Shown: positions 21,349 through 34,487 of the stretch, in pieces
Position numbering within the stretch: position 1 is the stretch's first letter
Layout: each line of letters starts with the position of its first letter
The notes under the pieces: generated by a model
What the model was told of the DNA's origin: nothing
Seen by the model: only the letters and a program-made list of their open reading frames with translations
Databases searched by the model: none
Assembly (NCBI RefSeq): GCF_000006765.1
Contig: NC_002516.2
Direction: 5' to 3' (one strand)
DNA length: 64,000 nucleotides
DNA from: Pseudomonas aeruginosa PAO1
GTDB lineage: Bacteria; Pseudomonadota; Gammaproteobacteria; Pseudomonadales; Pseudomonadaceae
Program-made: the position numbers and the translations under genes

Positions 21349-21816
21349 CTATTTGTGGTAGGGGTGCCCGGACAATACGGTCCAGGCCCGGTAGATCTGC
21401 TCGCCGACCAGGATCCGCACCAACGGGTGCGGCAGCGTCAACGGCGACAGCGACCAGCGCTGCTCGCTGCGCGCGCAGACCTCCGGCGCCAGCCCTTCCG
21501 GGCCGCCGACCATGAGATTCACGGTGCGTGCGTCGAGACGCCAGCGATCCAGTTCGCGAGCCAGTTGCTCGGTGCTCCAGGGCCGACCTTCGACCTCCAG
21601 GGTCACCACCCGTTCCCCCGGCTGCACGCGCGCCAGCATGGCCTCGCCTTCCTGACGGATCAGGCGCGCCACGTCGGCGTTCTTGCCGCGGGTGTTGAGC
21701 GGGATCTCCACCAGTTCGAGGGACAGCTCGGCCGGCAGGCGCTTGACGTATTCCTGCCAGCCTTCCTCGACCCAGCGAGGCATGCGCGAGCCAACCGCGA
21801 TCAGGCGCAACCGCAT
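21349..21816 (-). CDS. rlmH: 23S rRNA (pseudouridine1915-N3)-methyltransferase
   Basis: SPOUT motifs [16 protein letters not shown] and EQIYRAW..L.GHPYHK. Confidence 0.96.
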   Translation of the reverse strand: MRLRLIAVGSRMPRWVEEGWQEYVKRLPAELSLELVEIPLNTRGKNADVARLIRQEGEAMLARVQPGERVVTLEVEGRPWSTEQLARELDRWRLDARTVNLMVGGPEGLAPEVCARSEQRWSLSPLTLPHPLVRILVGEQIYRAWTVLSGHPYHK

Positions 21817-21823
21817 GCCGGCG

Positions 21824-22180
21824 TCACTCTTCCGGCTGGTGCTGGGCGCGGCTCTGCTCGGCGCCCTGCCACAGGCGCTCCAGGTCGTAGAACTGGCGGG
21901 TCGCCGGGAGCATCACGTGGACCACCACGTCGCCCAGGTCGAGCAGCGCCCATTCGCCGGACTCCAGGCCTTCGCTGCCCAGGGGCTTGACGCCGTTTTC
22001 CTTGGCCTTGGTCAGGACGTTGTCGGCCAGCGACTTGACCTGGCGGCTGGAACTGCCGCAGGCGATCACCATGTAGTCGGTGACGCTGGTCTTGTCCCGC
22101 ACATCGAGGGTCACGATGTCCTGGGCCTTGAGGTCTTCCAGGGCATCGATGGCCACTTGGACGAGTTGTTCGGTTTGCAT
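21824..22180 (-). CDS. rsfS: Ribosome silencing factor
   Basis: [20 protein letters not shown] and FYDLERLW motifs. Confidence 0.95.
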
Positions 22181-22202
22181 TGAGTCGGTCTCTGTTTCTT
22201 TA

Positions 22203-22846
22203 TCAGTGTGGCGCACGATACAGGTGGTGCGCCTCGATGTAGTTCAATACCGCGTCCGGCACCAGGAAACGCACGGAGCGCCCGGCACCCAGCAGCGCGC
22301 GGATCTGGGTGGCGGACACCGCCAGCGGCGTCTGCCAGACGAAGGTGATCTGTCCGCCCGGCCCTTTCAGGGCCTGCGGGTCGGCCACGCTCCGCGCCGC
22401 CAGCAGGTCGCGCAGCGACTCCGGCGGCTCGCTGTCGGCATCCGGACGCTGCAACACGACGATGTGGCAGTGATCCAGCAACGCCTCCCAGCGGTGCCAC
22501 GTCGGCAAGCCGCAGAAGGCATCCCAGCCGATCAGCATGAACAACTGGTCGTCGGCCGCCAGTTCCGCCCGCACCGACTCCAGGGTGTCGATGGTGTAGG
22601 ACGGCTTGTCGCGCTGCAGTTCGCGGGGATCGACCGTCAATCGCTCGACTCCCGCCACCGCCCGCTCGACCATCGCCAACCGCTGCGCGGCCGACACCTG
22701 CGGGGTTTCCCGGTGCGGCGGCCGCGCATTGGGCAGCAGGCGCAGTTCGTCGAGGGCGAACTGCTCGGCCATTTCCACGGCGCTGCGCATATGTCCGATA
22801 TGCACGGGGTCGAAAGTGCCGCCGAACAGGCCGATACGTTTGCCCA

Positions 22847-22847
<1 letters not shown>
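22203..22847 (-). CDS. nadD: Nicotinate-nucleotide adenylyltransferase
   Basis: [22 protein letters not shown] and VSATQIR motifs. Confidence 0.96.
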
Positions 22848-24112
<1,265 letters not shown>

Positions 24113-24409
24113 GGTCTCGGCATCTGGCGTCAGGGAAATGCGCGATTATAGCGAGCCAGCCCCGGCGCGCCCAGCCGCAACAGCCGGTCGGTAGACAGTG
24201 CGTTCCATCGCCCCCGGCGGTAACGCGGCAGCCCCGCTGCGCCTGGGACTGTGCGCGAGACGGTGACACCCGGGCGCAGGCGCCGGCCGAAGGATAGGTA
24301 AACAAAATTGCTACCTCTGTTTACCTTCGAGGCGAGCCTGGCCACTGCCACCCACCGGCACCCGCTCGGCAGAACAACAATAACGACGCACACACCGCGG
24401 GGCCTCGCC

Positions 24410-25633
24410 ATGCGCTACCGTACCGACTACAGCGCGCAGTCGCTGAGCAGCGAACCGGATATCCTCTTCCTAGACGGCTGGCAACTGCGCTACCAGGCCT
24501 TCGCCGCCCGCGCCGACGACCCGCGCCCGCCGGTGCTCCTGCTGGGCGGCGCCTTCCAGAGCTTCCGCTCGTTCACCGGCGAGGTCAGCGAACTGCTCGC
24601 CGAGCACCCGGTGATCCTGCTCGACCTGCCGAGCCAGGGCGGCAACCTGCAACTGGCGGCGGAACTGAGCCTGGAAGACCTCGCCGACCTGATCGCGGCC
24701 TTCGCCGAACAGCTCGGCCTGCCGCCGTTGATGCCCATCGGCCTGTCCTACGGCTCGGCCCTGGCCGCGCTGTTCGCCGCCCGCCATCCGCGCCGCTGCG
24801 CGCGCCTGCTACTGGCCGGCATCACCGCATTCGGCCGCCCCGGTGCGCGGCTGCTGCTGGAAGAAGCCCTGGCCCGGCTCGACGAGGGCGACCAGAGCGC
24901 CTTCGCCCACGGCGTACTGACCGGCCTGATCAACCCGCTACAGCTGGAACGTACCGGCGTCTCCCCGGTATTTCGCAAGGCCATGCTGCGCCAGTTGCAA
25001 CGCCTGACCGCGGCGGAGATCGAACGCTACCGGCAGAATAGCCGGCGCCTGCTGGCCTTCGGCGGCTTCGAGCGGCACCCGACCTGCCCGACCCTGGTGC
25101 TCGCCGGCGAGTACGACCATTTCACCCAGCCCTGGGAACATGCGGTGTTCGCCCATGCCTGCGGGAACGCCGAGTTCGCCCTGATCCACGACGCCGACCA
25201 TCTTGCCCAGTTCGAACGACGCGAGGCCTGCGCCCGGCTCTACGGCCCGTTCCTGCGCGGCGAGGCACTGCCGGAGCGCGCCGAGGGCAGCACGCGGATC
25301 CCGCGCACGCGCCTGCTCGGCCTGGAGCGACGCTTCGAGGTCCGCCATCGGCCAGCCCAAGGGCACGCTCGGCTGGAACATCCGCAGTTCGGCGTCTATG
25401 CGGCGGAACTGATGGAACTCGGCTATTTCGGCGGGCGGCTGCACGCCGAGCTGCCCGAATCCCGCCCGCAACGCGGCTGGCGGTTGTGCTGCGACGGCCT
25501 GGCGGACTTGGACATCCTGCCCCTGCGCTCGACCGCCGACGGCTTCGCCTTCATCTTCCCGCACTCCGATCCGGCGGCCAGCGCCGGACTGGCCGACCTC
25601 CTCGCCGCCTGGGAGCGAGCGGAGGTCGCCTGA
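24410..25633 (+). CDS. Alpha/beta hydrolase (RhlA/PhaG-like) with C-terminal extension
   Basis: LLDLPSQG, GLSYG nucleophile elbow, GEYD and DADH; about 100-aa extra C-terminal domain. Confidence 0.8.
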   Translation: MRYRTDYSAQSLSSEPDILFLDGWQLRYQAFAARADDPRPPVLLLGGAFQSFRSFTGEVSELLAEHPVILLDLPSQGGNLQLAAELSLEDLADLIAAFAEQLGLPPLMPIGLSYGSALAALFAARHPRRCARLLLAGITAFGRPGARLLLEEALARLDEGDQSAFAHGVLTGLINPLQLERTGVSPVFRKAMLRQLQRLTAAEIERYRQNSRRLLAFGGFERHPTCPTLVLAGEYDHFTQPWEHAVFAHACGNAEFALIHDADHLAQFERREACARLYGPFLRGEALPERAEGSTRIPRTRLLGLERRFEVRHRPAQGHARLEHPQFGVYAAELMELGYFGGRLHAELPESRPQRGWRLCCDGLADLDILPLRSTADGFAFIFPHSDPAASAGLADLLAAWERAEVA

Positions 25634-25640
25634 GAGGCGG

Positions 25641-26498
25641 CTATGCCGTGCGGCTTTCGATTACCCGCACCAGGCTCGGCAGGCGTCCCTGCGGCAAGCC
25701 CAGGGCGGCGCCTTCGCGCTGCGGGTCGAGCACCAGGGTGGAGGCGAAGCCGCAGCGGGCGAAGGCCGCCTCGATTTCCGCGGCATTGCGGTAATGCAAC
25801 GGATAGCTTCCCCGCGTCAGCCGCCCGATGATCCCCACTCCCCAGCGGATCTGCCGGTAGCGCGGGTGCTCGCGGAGATCGGGATAGAGGTCGGTCAGGT
25901 AGGTGCCCTGGGGGAAGCGTTTAAGTTCGGTCGCCAGGCGACTCCAGAAGGCCTCGATCACCGGGCGCTGGAAATAGTTCACCAACCCCTCGGTGATCAC
26001 CACCAGCGGGCGCTCGCGATCGAGCCCGGCGAACAGCGCGGCAAGGCTGCGCTCGCCGTCCTCGGCGAGGATATCCACAGCCGCCACCGCGTGCTCCGGG
26101 CCCAGCCACCCCTGCTCGCGGAGCAACGCCGCCTTGCGCGCGGCCATCGGCGGCAGGTCGGCCTCCAGGTAGCGCAACTGTGGATAGCGTTGCCGGAAGC
26201 GTCGCCCACGCGGCGAGAGCCCGCAGGCCATTTCCACCACCTGGACCACTCCCTCGCGTTCGACGGCCTGGGTCAGGCGCGCGTCGATCATGAGGTGTCT
26301 TTGTAACAGGAAATCCTCGATGTTCAGTCCGAAACCGAGCTGCGCGCCCCAGTTGATCGGCGCGACGAAGCCGTGTACCCAGCGGCCGAAGACGGTGGCG
26401 AAGGCCGGTTCGGCGAGTCGATGGCGGAACCAGACGTACCCGGTGTAATGGGCGCTGGGCGTGATGTGGGCACTGTCGACACGCTCTCGTTCAACCAT
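25641..26498 (-). CDS. Class I SAM-dependent methyltransferase (LCM/TcmP-like)
   Basis: RHLMID, VVEMACGLSPRG, YLEADLP and VITEGLVNY motifs. Confidence 0.8.
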   Translation of the reverse strand: MVERERVDSAHITPSAHYTGYVWFRHRLAEPAFATVFGRWVHGFVAPINWGAQLGFGLNIEDFLLQRHLMIDARLTQAVEREGVVQVVEMACGLSPRGRRFRQRYPQLRYLEADLPPMAARKAALLREQGWLGPEHAVAAVDILAEDGERSLAALFAGLDRERPLVVITEGLVNYFQRPVIEAFWSRLATELKRFPQGTYLTDLYPDLREHPRYRQIRWGVGIIGRLTRGSYPLHYRNAAEIEAAFARCGFASTLVLDPQREGAALGLPQGRLPSLVRVIESRTA

Positions 26499-26561
26499 GA
26501 TTCAGGCTCTTGTTGTTATCATTCGCCAGCCTATGACTGCCATGGTCCCAGCGACAATCCC

Positions 26562-27281
26562 ATGTCCCGCGATCCCATCCTTAGTTTGCCCTGGCCCGAC
26601 GCCCGGCCGCTCCCCGACACCTTCTTCGACCGCGATGCGTTGCTGGTCGCCCGCGAGTTGCTGGGCAAGGTGATCCGCCATCGCCAGGGCAATCTCTGGC
26701 TGGCGGCGCGAATCATCGAGACCGAGGCCTACTACCTGGAGGAGAAAGGCAGCCATGCCTCGCTCGGCTACACCGAGAAGCGCAAGGCACTGTTCCTCGA
26801 CGGCGGGCACATCTATATGTATTACGCGCGCGGCGGCGACTCGCTGAACTTCAGCGCCGGCGGGCCGGGCAATGCGGTGCTGATCAAGTCCGGCCATCCC
26901 TGGCTGGATCGCATCAGCGACCACACGGCGCTGGAGCGGATGCAGAGCCTGAACCCGGACAGCCAGGGCCGGCCCCGCGAGATCGGCCGCCTGTGCGCCG
27001 GCCAGACCCTGCTGTGCAAGGCCATGGGGCTGAAGGTGCCGGAGTGGGACGCGCAGCGCTTCGACCCGCAGCGACTGTTCGTCGACGATGTCGGCGAGCG
27101 CCCCAGCCAGGTGATCCAGGCCGCTCGGCTGGGCATTCCGAAGGGGCGCGACGAACACCTGCCGTACCGTTTCGTCGATGCCGCCTTCGCCGCCTTCTGC
27201 ACCCGCAACCCACTGCGCCGCGGCCAGGTCGCCGGGCGCGACTATCATCTACTCGGACATCAGGACCCGCACCTGCAATGA
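26562..27281 (+). CDS. DNA-3-methyladenine glycosylase (MPG/AAG family)
   Basis: FFDRD...VARELLGK, RIIETEAY and GHIYMY motifs. Confidence 0.9.
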   Translation: MSRDPILSLPWPDARPLPDTFFDRDALLVARELLGKVIRHRQGNLWLAARIIETEAYYLEEKGSHASLGYTEKRKALFLDGGHIYMYYARGGDSLNFSAGGPGNAVLIKSGHPWLDRISDHTALERMQSLNPDSQGRPREIGRLCAGQTLLCKAMGLKVPEWDAQRFDPQRLFVDDVGERPSQVIQAARLGIPKGRDEHLPYRFVDAAFAAFCTRNPLRRGQVAGRDYHLLGHQDPHLQ

Positions 27282-28591
27282 GTCTCGACAGCTTCAACGC
27301 CTGGATGGCCGCTAACCCCGAGTGGCTGGGGCTGGCCATCTTCCTCATCGCCTTCCTCGAATGTGCGGCCATCGTCGGTATCGTCCTCCCCGGCGTGGTG
27401 CTGCTGTTCGGCGTCGCGGTGATCGCCGGCAGCGGCGCCCTCGGCCTCGGCGAAACCCTGCTGCTGGCCTACGCCGGCGGGGTGCTGGGCGACCTCAGCT
27501 CGTACTGGATCGGCCGCCGCTTCCACCAGAACATCCGCCGCCTGCCCGGCCTGCGCAGCCATCCGCAGTGGATCACCGCCGCCGAGGTGTACTTCGAACG
27601 CTACGGTATCGCCAGCCTGCTGGTCGGCCGCTTCATCGGCGCCCTGCGACCGATGCTGCCGATGGTCGCCGGCATGCTCGACATGCCGTTCGGCCGTTTT
27701 CTCGGCGTTTCGCTGATCGCCGCCGCCGGCTGGGCGGTCGCCTACCTGTTGCCCGGCTGGGCCACCGGCGCAGCCCTGCGCCTGCCGTTGCCGGAAGGCT
27801 TCTGGAGCGAAGCCGGGATCGTCGCGGCCTGCCTGGCGGTGCTGGTCGGCGTGGTAGTCCAGGCCAGCCTGCGGCGCAAACGCTGGGCAACCGCTGTGGC
27901 GGCCGCGCTGAGCCTGGTCCTGCTGCTGGCGATGACCGTCGCCTGGCCGTACCTCCAGGACCTCGACCAGGGCCTGATGACGCTGGTCCAGGAGCATCGC
28001 AACGCCGACCTGAACCCGGTGATGGTGGTGGTCACCCGGCTCGGCGATTTCCGCACCCAGTTCATCGCCGGCGCGCTGCTCGGCGGTATCCTCCTGCTGA
28101 CCCGGCAATGGCGTCCGGCCATCTTCGCCATCGGCACCCTGGTGGGTACCGCGCTGGCCAACCAGACCCTGAAGACCCTGTTCGCCCGCGCCCGCCCGGA
28201 AGTGCTGGCCGAACCGCTGAGCAGCTTCAGCTTCCCCAGCGGACACAGCTCGGCGTCCTTCGCCTTCTTCCTCACCCTGGGCGTCCTCGCCAGCCGCCAG
28301 CAACCGCCGCGCTGGCGCCTGACCTGGGTACTGCTGGCGGTGATCCCGTCGCTGAGCATCGCCCTGTCGCGGGTCTACCTTGGCGTGCACTGGCCGTCGG
28401 ACATCGTCGCCGGCGCCCTGCTCGCCACTACGGTCTGCGCCGCCAGCCTGTGGCTGAGCCAGCGCCGCGAGTCGCTGCCGGCGCTGCCGCAACGGGTCTG
28501 GTGGCTGCTGTTGCCGGTCTGCGTGGCGACCCTGGCGATCGCCGCCGGCTGGGCCCTGCCGGAAGCCATTGCGCGCTACCGGCCGCTGTGA
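27278..28591 (+). CDS. DedA/PAP2 bifunctional membrane protein
   Basis: DedA motifs (FLE...G..LPG, GRF...LR) plus PAP2 motifs K..F.R.RP, PSGHS and SRVYLGVHW.SD. Confidence 0.9.
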   Translation: MSLDSFNAWMAANPEWLGLAIFLIAFLECAAIVGIVLPGVVLLFGVAVIAGSGALGLGETLLLAYAGGVLGDLSSYWIGRRFHQNIRRLPGLRSHPQWITAAEVYFERYGIASLLVGRFIGALRPMLPMVAGMLDMPFGRFLGVSLIAAAGWAVAYLLPGWATGAALRLPLPEGFWSEAGIVAACLAVLVGVVVQASLRRKRWATAVAAALSLVLLLAMTVAWPYLQDLDQGLMTLVQEHRNADLNPVMVVVTRLGDFRTQFIAGALLGGILLLTRQWRPAIFAIGTLVGTALANQTLKTLFARARPEVLAEPLSSFSFPSGHSSASFAFFLTLGVLASRQQPPRWRLTWVLLAVIPSLSIALSRVYLGVHWPSDIVAGALLATTVCAASLWLSQRRESLPALPQRVWWLLLPVCVATLAIAAGWALPEAIARYRPL

Positions 28592-28601
28592 GGGTTGGCG
28601 C

Positions 28602-29195
28602 TCAGTCGATACCCAACTCGCCCTGCAGGTGCTCCAGCAGCACCTGGATCCGCGCCAGTTGCATCTGCGCGTCGGGCAGGGCGAGCAGTTCGAGCTTGCG
28701 TTCGGTATCGAACGGCAGCAGGTAGGCCAACTGGTTGGCCAGGTCCTGCTGGCCGCCGGGCTCGCCGCCCATCTCCAGCGCGGCCACCATCGGATGCTCG
28801 GCCAGCACGCTGAGCAACGCGGCGAGATCGTTGTGTTCGTAGGTCAGGGGTTGCTCCGGCAGGTCTTCGAACCACTCGATCTCGCCGACGCTGAGCTGGT
28901 CGGCCTGGACCTCCACCGACAGCACCTGGAAACGCCGACCGCCCTCCACGCGGATGCCCAGCAGGCCGTTCGGGCGCTGCTGCCAGTCGCGGACCGAGGC
29001 CTCGCAGCCGACCATCGCCAGGCGGCTCGGCGCTTCGCCGACCTCCCGCCCTTCGCCGATGGTCACCACGCCGAAACCGGTGCCCTGCTTCATGCAGCGG
29101 CTGATCATGTCCAGGTAGCGCGCCTCGAAGATCTGCAGGTCCAGGCGGCAACCGGGGAACAGCACGGCGTTGAGGGGAAACAACGGCAACTTCAT
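28602..29195 (-). CDS. LON peptidase substrate-binding-domain protein
   Basis: LPLFPL..VLFPG...L.IFEARY..M motif; no protease domain. Confidence 0.85.
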   Translation of the reverse strand: MKLPLFPLNAVLFPGCRLDLQIFEARYLDMISRCMKQGTGFGVVTIGEGREVGEAPSRLAMVGCEASVRDWQQRPNGLLGIRVEGGRRFQVLSVEVQADQLSVGEIEWFEDLPEQPLTYEHNDLAALLSVLAEHPMVAALEMGGEPGGQQDLANQLAYLLPFDTERKLELLALPDAQMQLARIQVLLEHLQGELGID

Positions 29196-29214
29196 CGCGA
29201 CTCCTCGGGCATCG

Positions 29215-29925
29215 TCAGGCAACCAGCGCTACCGCCAACGGTAGCAGCACTGCGGTGGCAACGCCCATCAGGCTCATCGCCAGGGCGGCGAAGGCGCCGC
29301 ACTCCTCGCCTTCCTGCAAGGCCCGCGAAGTGCCTACCGCGTGGGCCGTCATGCCCAGCGCCATGCCCTGCGCGGCGGGGTGCCGGACGCCGATGGCGCT
29401 CAGCAGCTCCGGCCCGAGGATCGCCCCGAGCACCCCGGTGATCAGTACGAACACGGCGGCCAGCGCCGCCACGCCGCCGATCTGGCTGGCCACCAGCATG
29501 GCGATCGGCGAGGTCACCGACTTCGGCGCCATGCTCATCAGCATCCGCGGCTCGGCACCGAACAACCAGCCGAATGCGATGCCCAGCACCGTCGCCAGCG
29601 TACCCGCGACCACCAGGGTCAGCAGGGTCGGCCAGAACAATTGGCGGATACGCCGCAGGTTGAGGAACAGCGGCACCGCCAGGGCCACCGTGGCGGGGCC
29701 GAGGAGAATGGTCAGGACCTTGGCGCTGGCACTGTATTCGTCGTAGTCGATGCCGCAAAGCAGCAGCACGCCGATCACCACCAGCATCGATACCAGCACC
29801 GGCTGCAGGAACACCCAGCGGGTCCGTTCATAGGCGGCCAGGGCCAACTGGTAGGCGCCCAGGGTCACGCCGACGCCGAACAGCGGATGGTGGATCACCG
29901 CCTCGAGGGCGGCGTGCCAGGCCAT
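29215..29925 (-). CDS. lrgB: LrgB family protein
   Basis: LLGPATVALAVPL, APKSVTSPIA and G.TAHAVGT motifs. Confidence 0.9.
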   Translation of the reverse strand: MAWHAALEAVIHHPLFGVGVTLGAYQLALAAYERTRWVFLQPVLVSMLVVIGVLLLCGIDYDEYSASAKVLTILLGPATVALAVPLFLNLRRIRQLFWPTLLTLVVAGTLATVLGIAFGWLFGAEPRMLMSMAPKSVTSPIAMLVASQIGGVAALAAVFVLITGVLGAILGPELLSAIGVRHPAAQGMALGMTAHAVGTSRALQEGEECGAFAALAMSLMGVATAVLLPLAVALVA

Positions 29926-30287
29926 CAGGACTCCTCCCGGCGACGTTGCTGGCGATCAATGAGCTTCTGCATCATCCAGCCGGCGAACAGGAACGACAGC
30001 AGCAGCGACAGTACCAGCGCGCCGACGATGGCCCAGAAATCGGCGGCGATCTCCCGCGCATAGGCCATCACCCCGACCGCCGCCGGCACCAGCAGCAGCG
30101 GCAGGTAGCGCAGCAACGAGCCGGCCGCCTCGTTGACCGGCTTGCCGACCTCGCCACGCGCCAGGAAATAACCGAACAGCAGCACCAGGCCGATGATCGG
30201 ACCGGGCAGCATGGGCAACAACAGAACGTTCAGACCTGTGCCGAGCAACTGGAACAGCACCAGCCAGGTCAGACCACGAAGCAACAT
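29925..30287 (-). CDS. CidA/LrgA family holin-like protein
   Basis: PGPIIGLVLLF and LLLVPAAVGV motifs; adjacent to lrgB. Confidence 0.88.
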   Translation of the reverse strand: MLLRGLTWLVLFQLLGTGLNVLLLPMLPGPIIGLVLLFGYFLARGEVGKPVNEAAGSLLRYLPLLLVPAAVGVMAYAREIAADFWAIVGALVLSLLLSFLFAGWMMQKLIDRQQRRREES

Positions 30288-30480
30288 GGGCACCTCCAGC
30301 AAGGGCCGACCATTATGCCCAGCCCGCCGGGACATTGGCACGCTCCTCGCCTATCCATCAGTCGCAGTCGCGGCACCGCATGACGCGATATTCGCCAGGC
30401 CGATGGTTTCTTGACCCGGTCGCCAACGCGTGCTGATCTTCCTGCACCATGAGAACAACAGCCATCCTCCCGGAGGACTT

Positions 30481-30936
30481 ATGCCATTCGTACCCGTAGC
30501 AGCGCTCAAGGACTATGTCGGCAAGGATCTCGGCCATTCCGAATGGCTCACCATCGACCAGGAGCGGGTCGACCAGTTCGCCGAATGCACCGGCGACCAC
30601 CAGTTCATCCACGTCGATCCGGAGAAGGCGGCGAAGACGCCCTTCGGCGGCACCATCGCCCACGGTTTCCTGTCCCTGTCGCTGATCCCGAAGCTGATGG
30701 AAGGCCTGCTGGTGCTTCCCGAAGGACTGAAGATGGCGGTCAACTACGGCCTCGATACGGTGCGCTTCATCCAGCCGGTGCGGGTCGGCTCGCGGGTCCG
30801 CCTGGGCCTGACCCTGCTCGACGTCAACGAGAAGAATCCCGGCCAGTGGCTGATCAAGGCGCGCGCCACCCTGGAGATCGAAGGCCAGGAGAAACCCGCC
30901 TACATCGCCGAGACCCTCAGCCTCTGCTTCGTCTGA
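30481..30936 (+). CDS. MaoC-family dehydratase
   Basis: FAECTGDHQFIHVD, GTIAHG and NYG.D..RF..PV motifs. Confidence 0.9.
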   Translation: MPFVPVAALKDYVGKDLGHSEWLTIDQERVDQFAECTGDHQFIHVDPEKAAKTPFGGTIAHGFLSLSLIPKLMEGLLVLPEGLKMAVNYGLDTVRFIQPVRVGSRVRLGLTLLDVNEKNPGQWLIKARATLEIEGQEKPAYIAETLSLCFV

Positions 30937-31125
30937 GCCCGCCCCAGCGAGCGCTGCCGTTCGCTTGACGGCCAGGCGCCTTCGCGCCCCTCTCCCCCTT
31001 CCAAAAGCCCCCGCTCGCGGGGGCGCTCTGGGCCGGCAGGGAAATACCCTACTGCCAGGCAACGATTTTTCCGCCACACTGTCTCCCCTCCACCCTCGGA
31101 CCGAACCACTCATCGGGAACGCCGC

Positions 31126-33553
<2,428 letters not shown>

Positions 33554-33572
33554 GCCTGGGGCGGGTCTCGCC

Positions 33573-33866
33573 CTACATGCCGCCGCTGACGCCGAGGTTG
33601 AGGCCGATGGCGGTGGCCAGCGAGAACGGCAGCAACAGGGTGTCCAGCAGCGCGCTGCCCGGCAGGTCGAGCCCCGGATGGGCCGGCGCCTCCGCGCCGA
33701 AGCGTTCCATCGGGCAGCAGCCGCCGTGCAGGCTGTACCAGTCCAGCCGGGTGCCGGCGTAGACCACCGGCGCCCCTGGCTTGGCCGCATCCAGGGTGCG
33801 CACGGTGGCGCAACCGCTCATCTGCACCGCCAGGACCAGCAGCAGCACCCTACTCGTCGCTGACAA
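33573..33866 (-). CDS. YceK/YidQ-like small lipoprotein
   Basis: Lipobox MSGC, YAGTRLD and LDTLLLPF motifs; start codon uncertain. Confidence 0.75.
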   Translation of the reverse strand: MSATSRVLLLVLAVQMSGCATVRTLDAAKPGAPVVYAGTRLDWYSLHGGCCPMERFGAEAPAHPGLDLPGSALLDTLLLPFSLATAIGLNLGVSGGM

Positions 33867-34479
33867 GGTGCTGTTCCCCCCAGCGCGGCAGCATATCCTG
33901 GGGAATCCCCAGGGTGTTGAGGATTCGCGCGACGACGAAGTCCACCAGGTCCTCCACCGATTGCGGCTGGTGGTAGAAGCCCGGCGCCGCCGGCAGGATC
34001 ACCGCGCCGAGGTTGGACAGCTTGAGCATGTTTTCCAGGTGGATACTGGAGAACGGCGCCTCGCGCGGCACCAGCACCAGCGGCCGGCGCTCCTTCAGGG
34101 CGACATCGGCGGCGCGCTCGATGAGGTTGTTGCAGGCCCCCGTGGCGACCGCCGACAGGGTGCCGGTGGAACACGGGCAGATCACCATGGCATTGGGCGC
34201 GCTGGAGCCGGAGGCCGGCGGCGCCATCCAGTCGTTCTGGCCGAACACGCGGATCTGTCCGGCGGCGGCACCGCAATATTCGGTGAGGAAGGCCTGCATC
34301 GCCTGCGGCTTGGCCGGCAAGGCCACGTCGGTCTCGGTGGCCATCACCAGTTGCGCGGCCTTGGAGATCAGGAAGTGCACCTCGCGCTCTTCCTGCACCA
34401 GGCAATCGAGCAAGCGCAGGCCGTACTGGGCGCCGGAGGCGCCGGTCATCGCCAGGGTAATGCGTTCCGGACCGCTCAT
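33850..34479 (-). CDS. ubiX: Flavin prenyltransferase
   Basis: LAMTGASGA, ASGS, PCSTGTL, RAADV.LKERR and PREAP motifs. Confidence 0.95.
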   Translation of the reverse strand: MSGPERITLAMTGASGAQYGLRLLDCLVQEEREVHFLISKAAQLVMATETDVALPAKPQAMQAFLTEYCGAAAGQIRVFGQNDWMAPPASGSSAPNAMVICPCSTGTLSAVATGACNNLIERAADVALKERRPLVLVPREAPFSSIHLENMLKLSNLGAVILPAAPGFYHQPQSVEDLVDFVVARILNTLGIPQDMLPRWGEQHLVSDE

Positions 34480-34487
34480 CGCGCCCC

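Noticed and set aside
19285-21990. 901-aa plus-strand ORF
   Set aside because: Antisense shadow of pbpA/rlmH.
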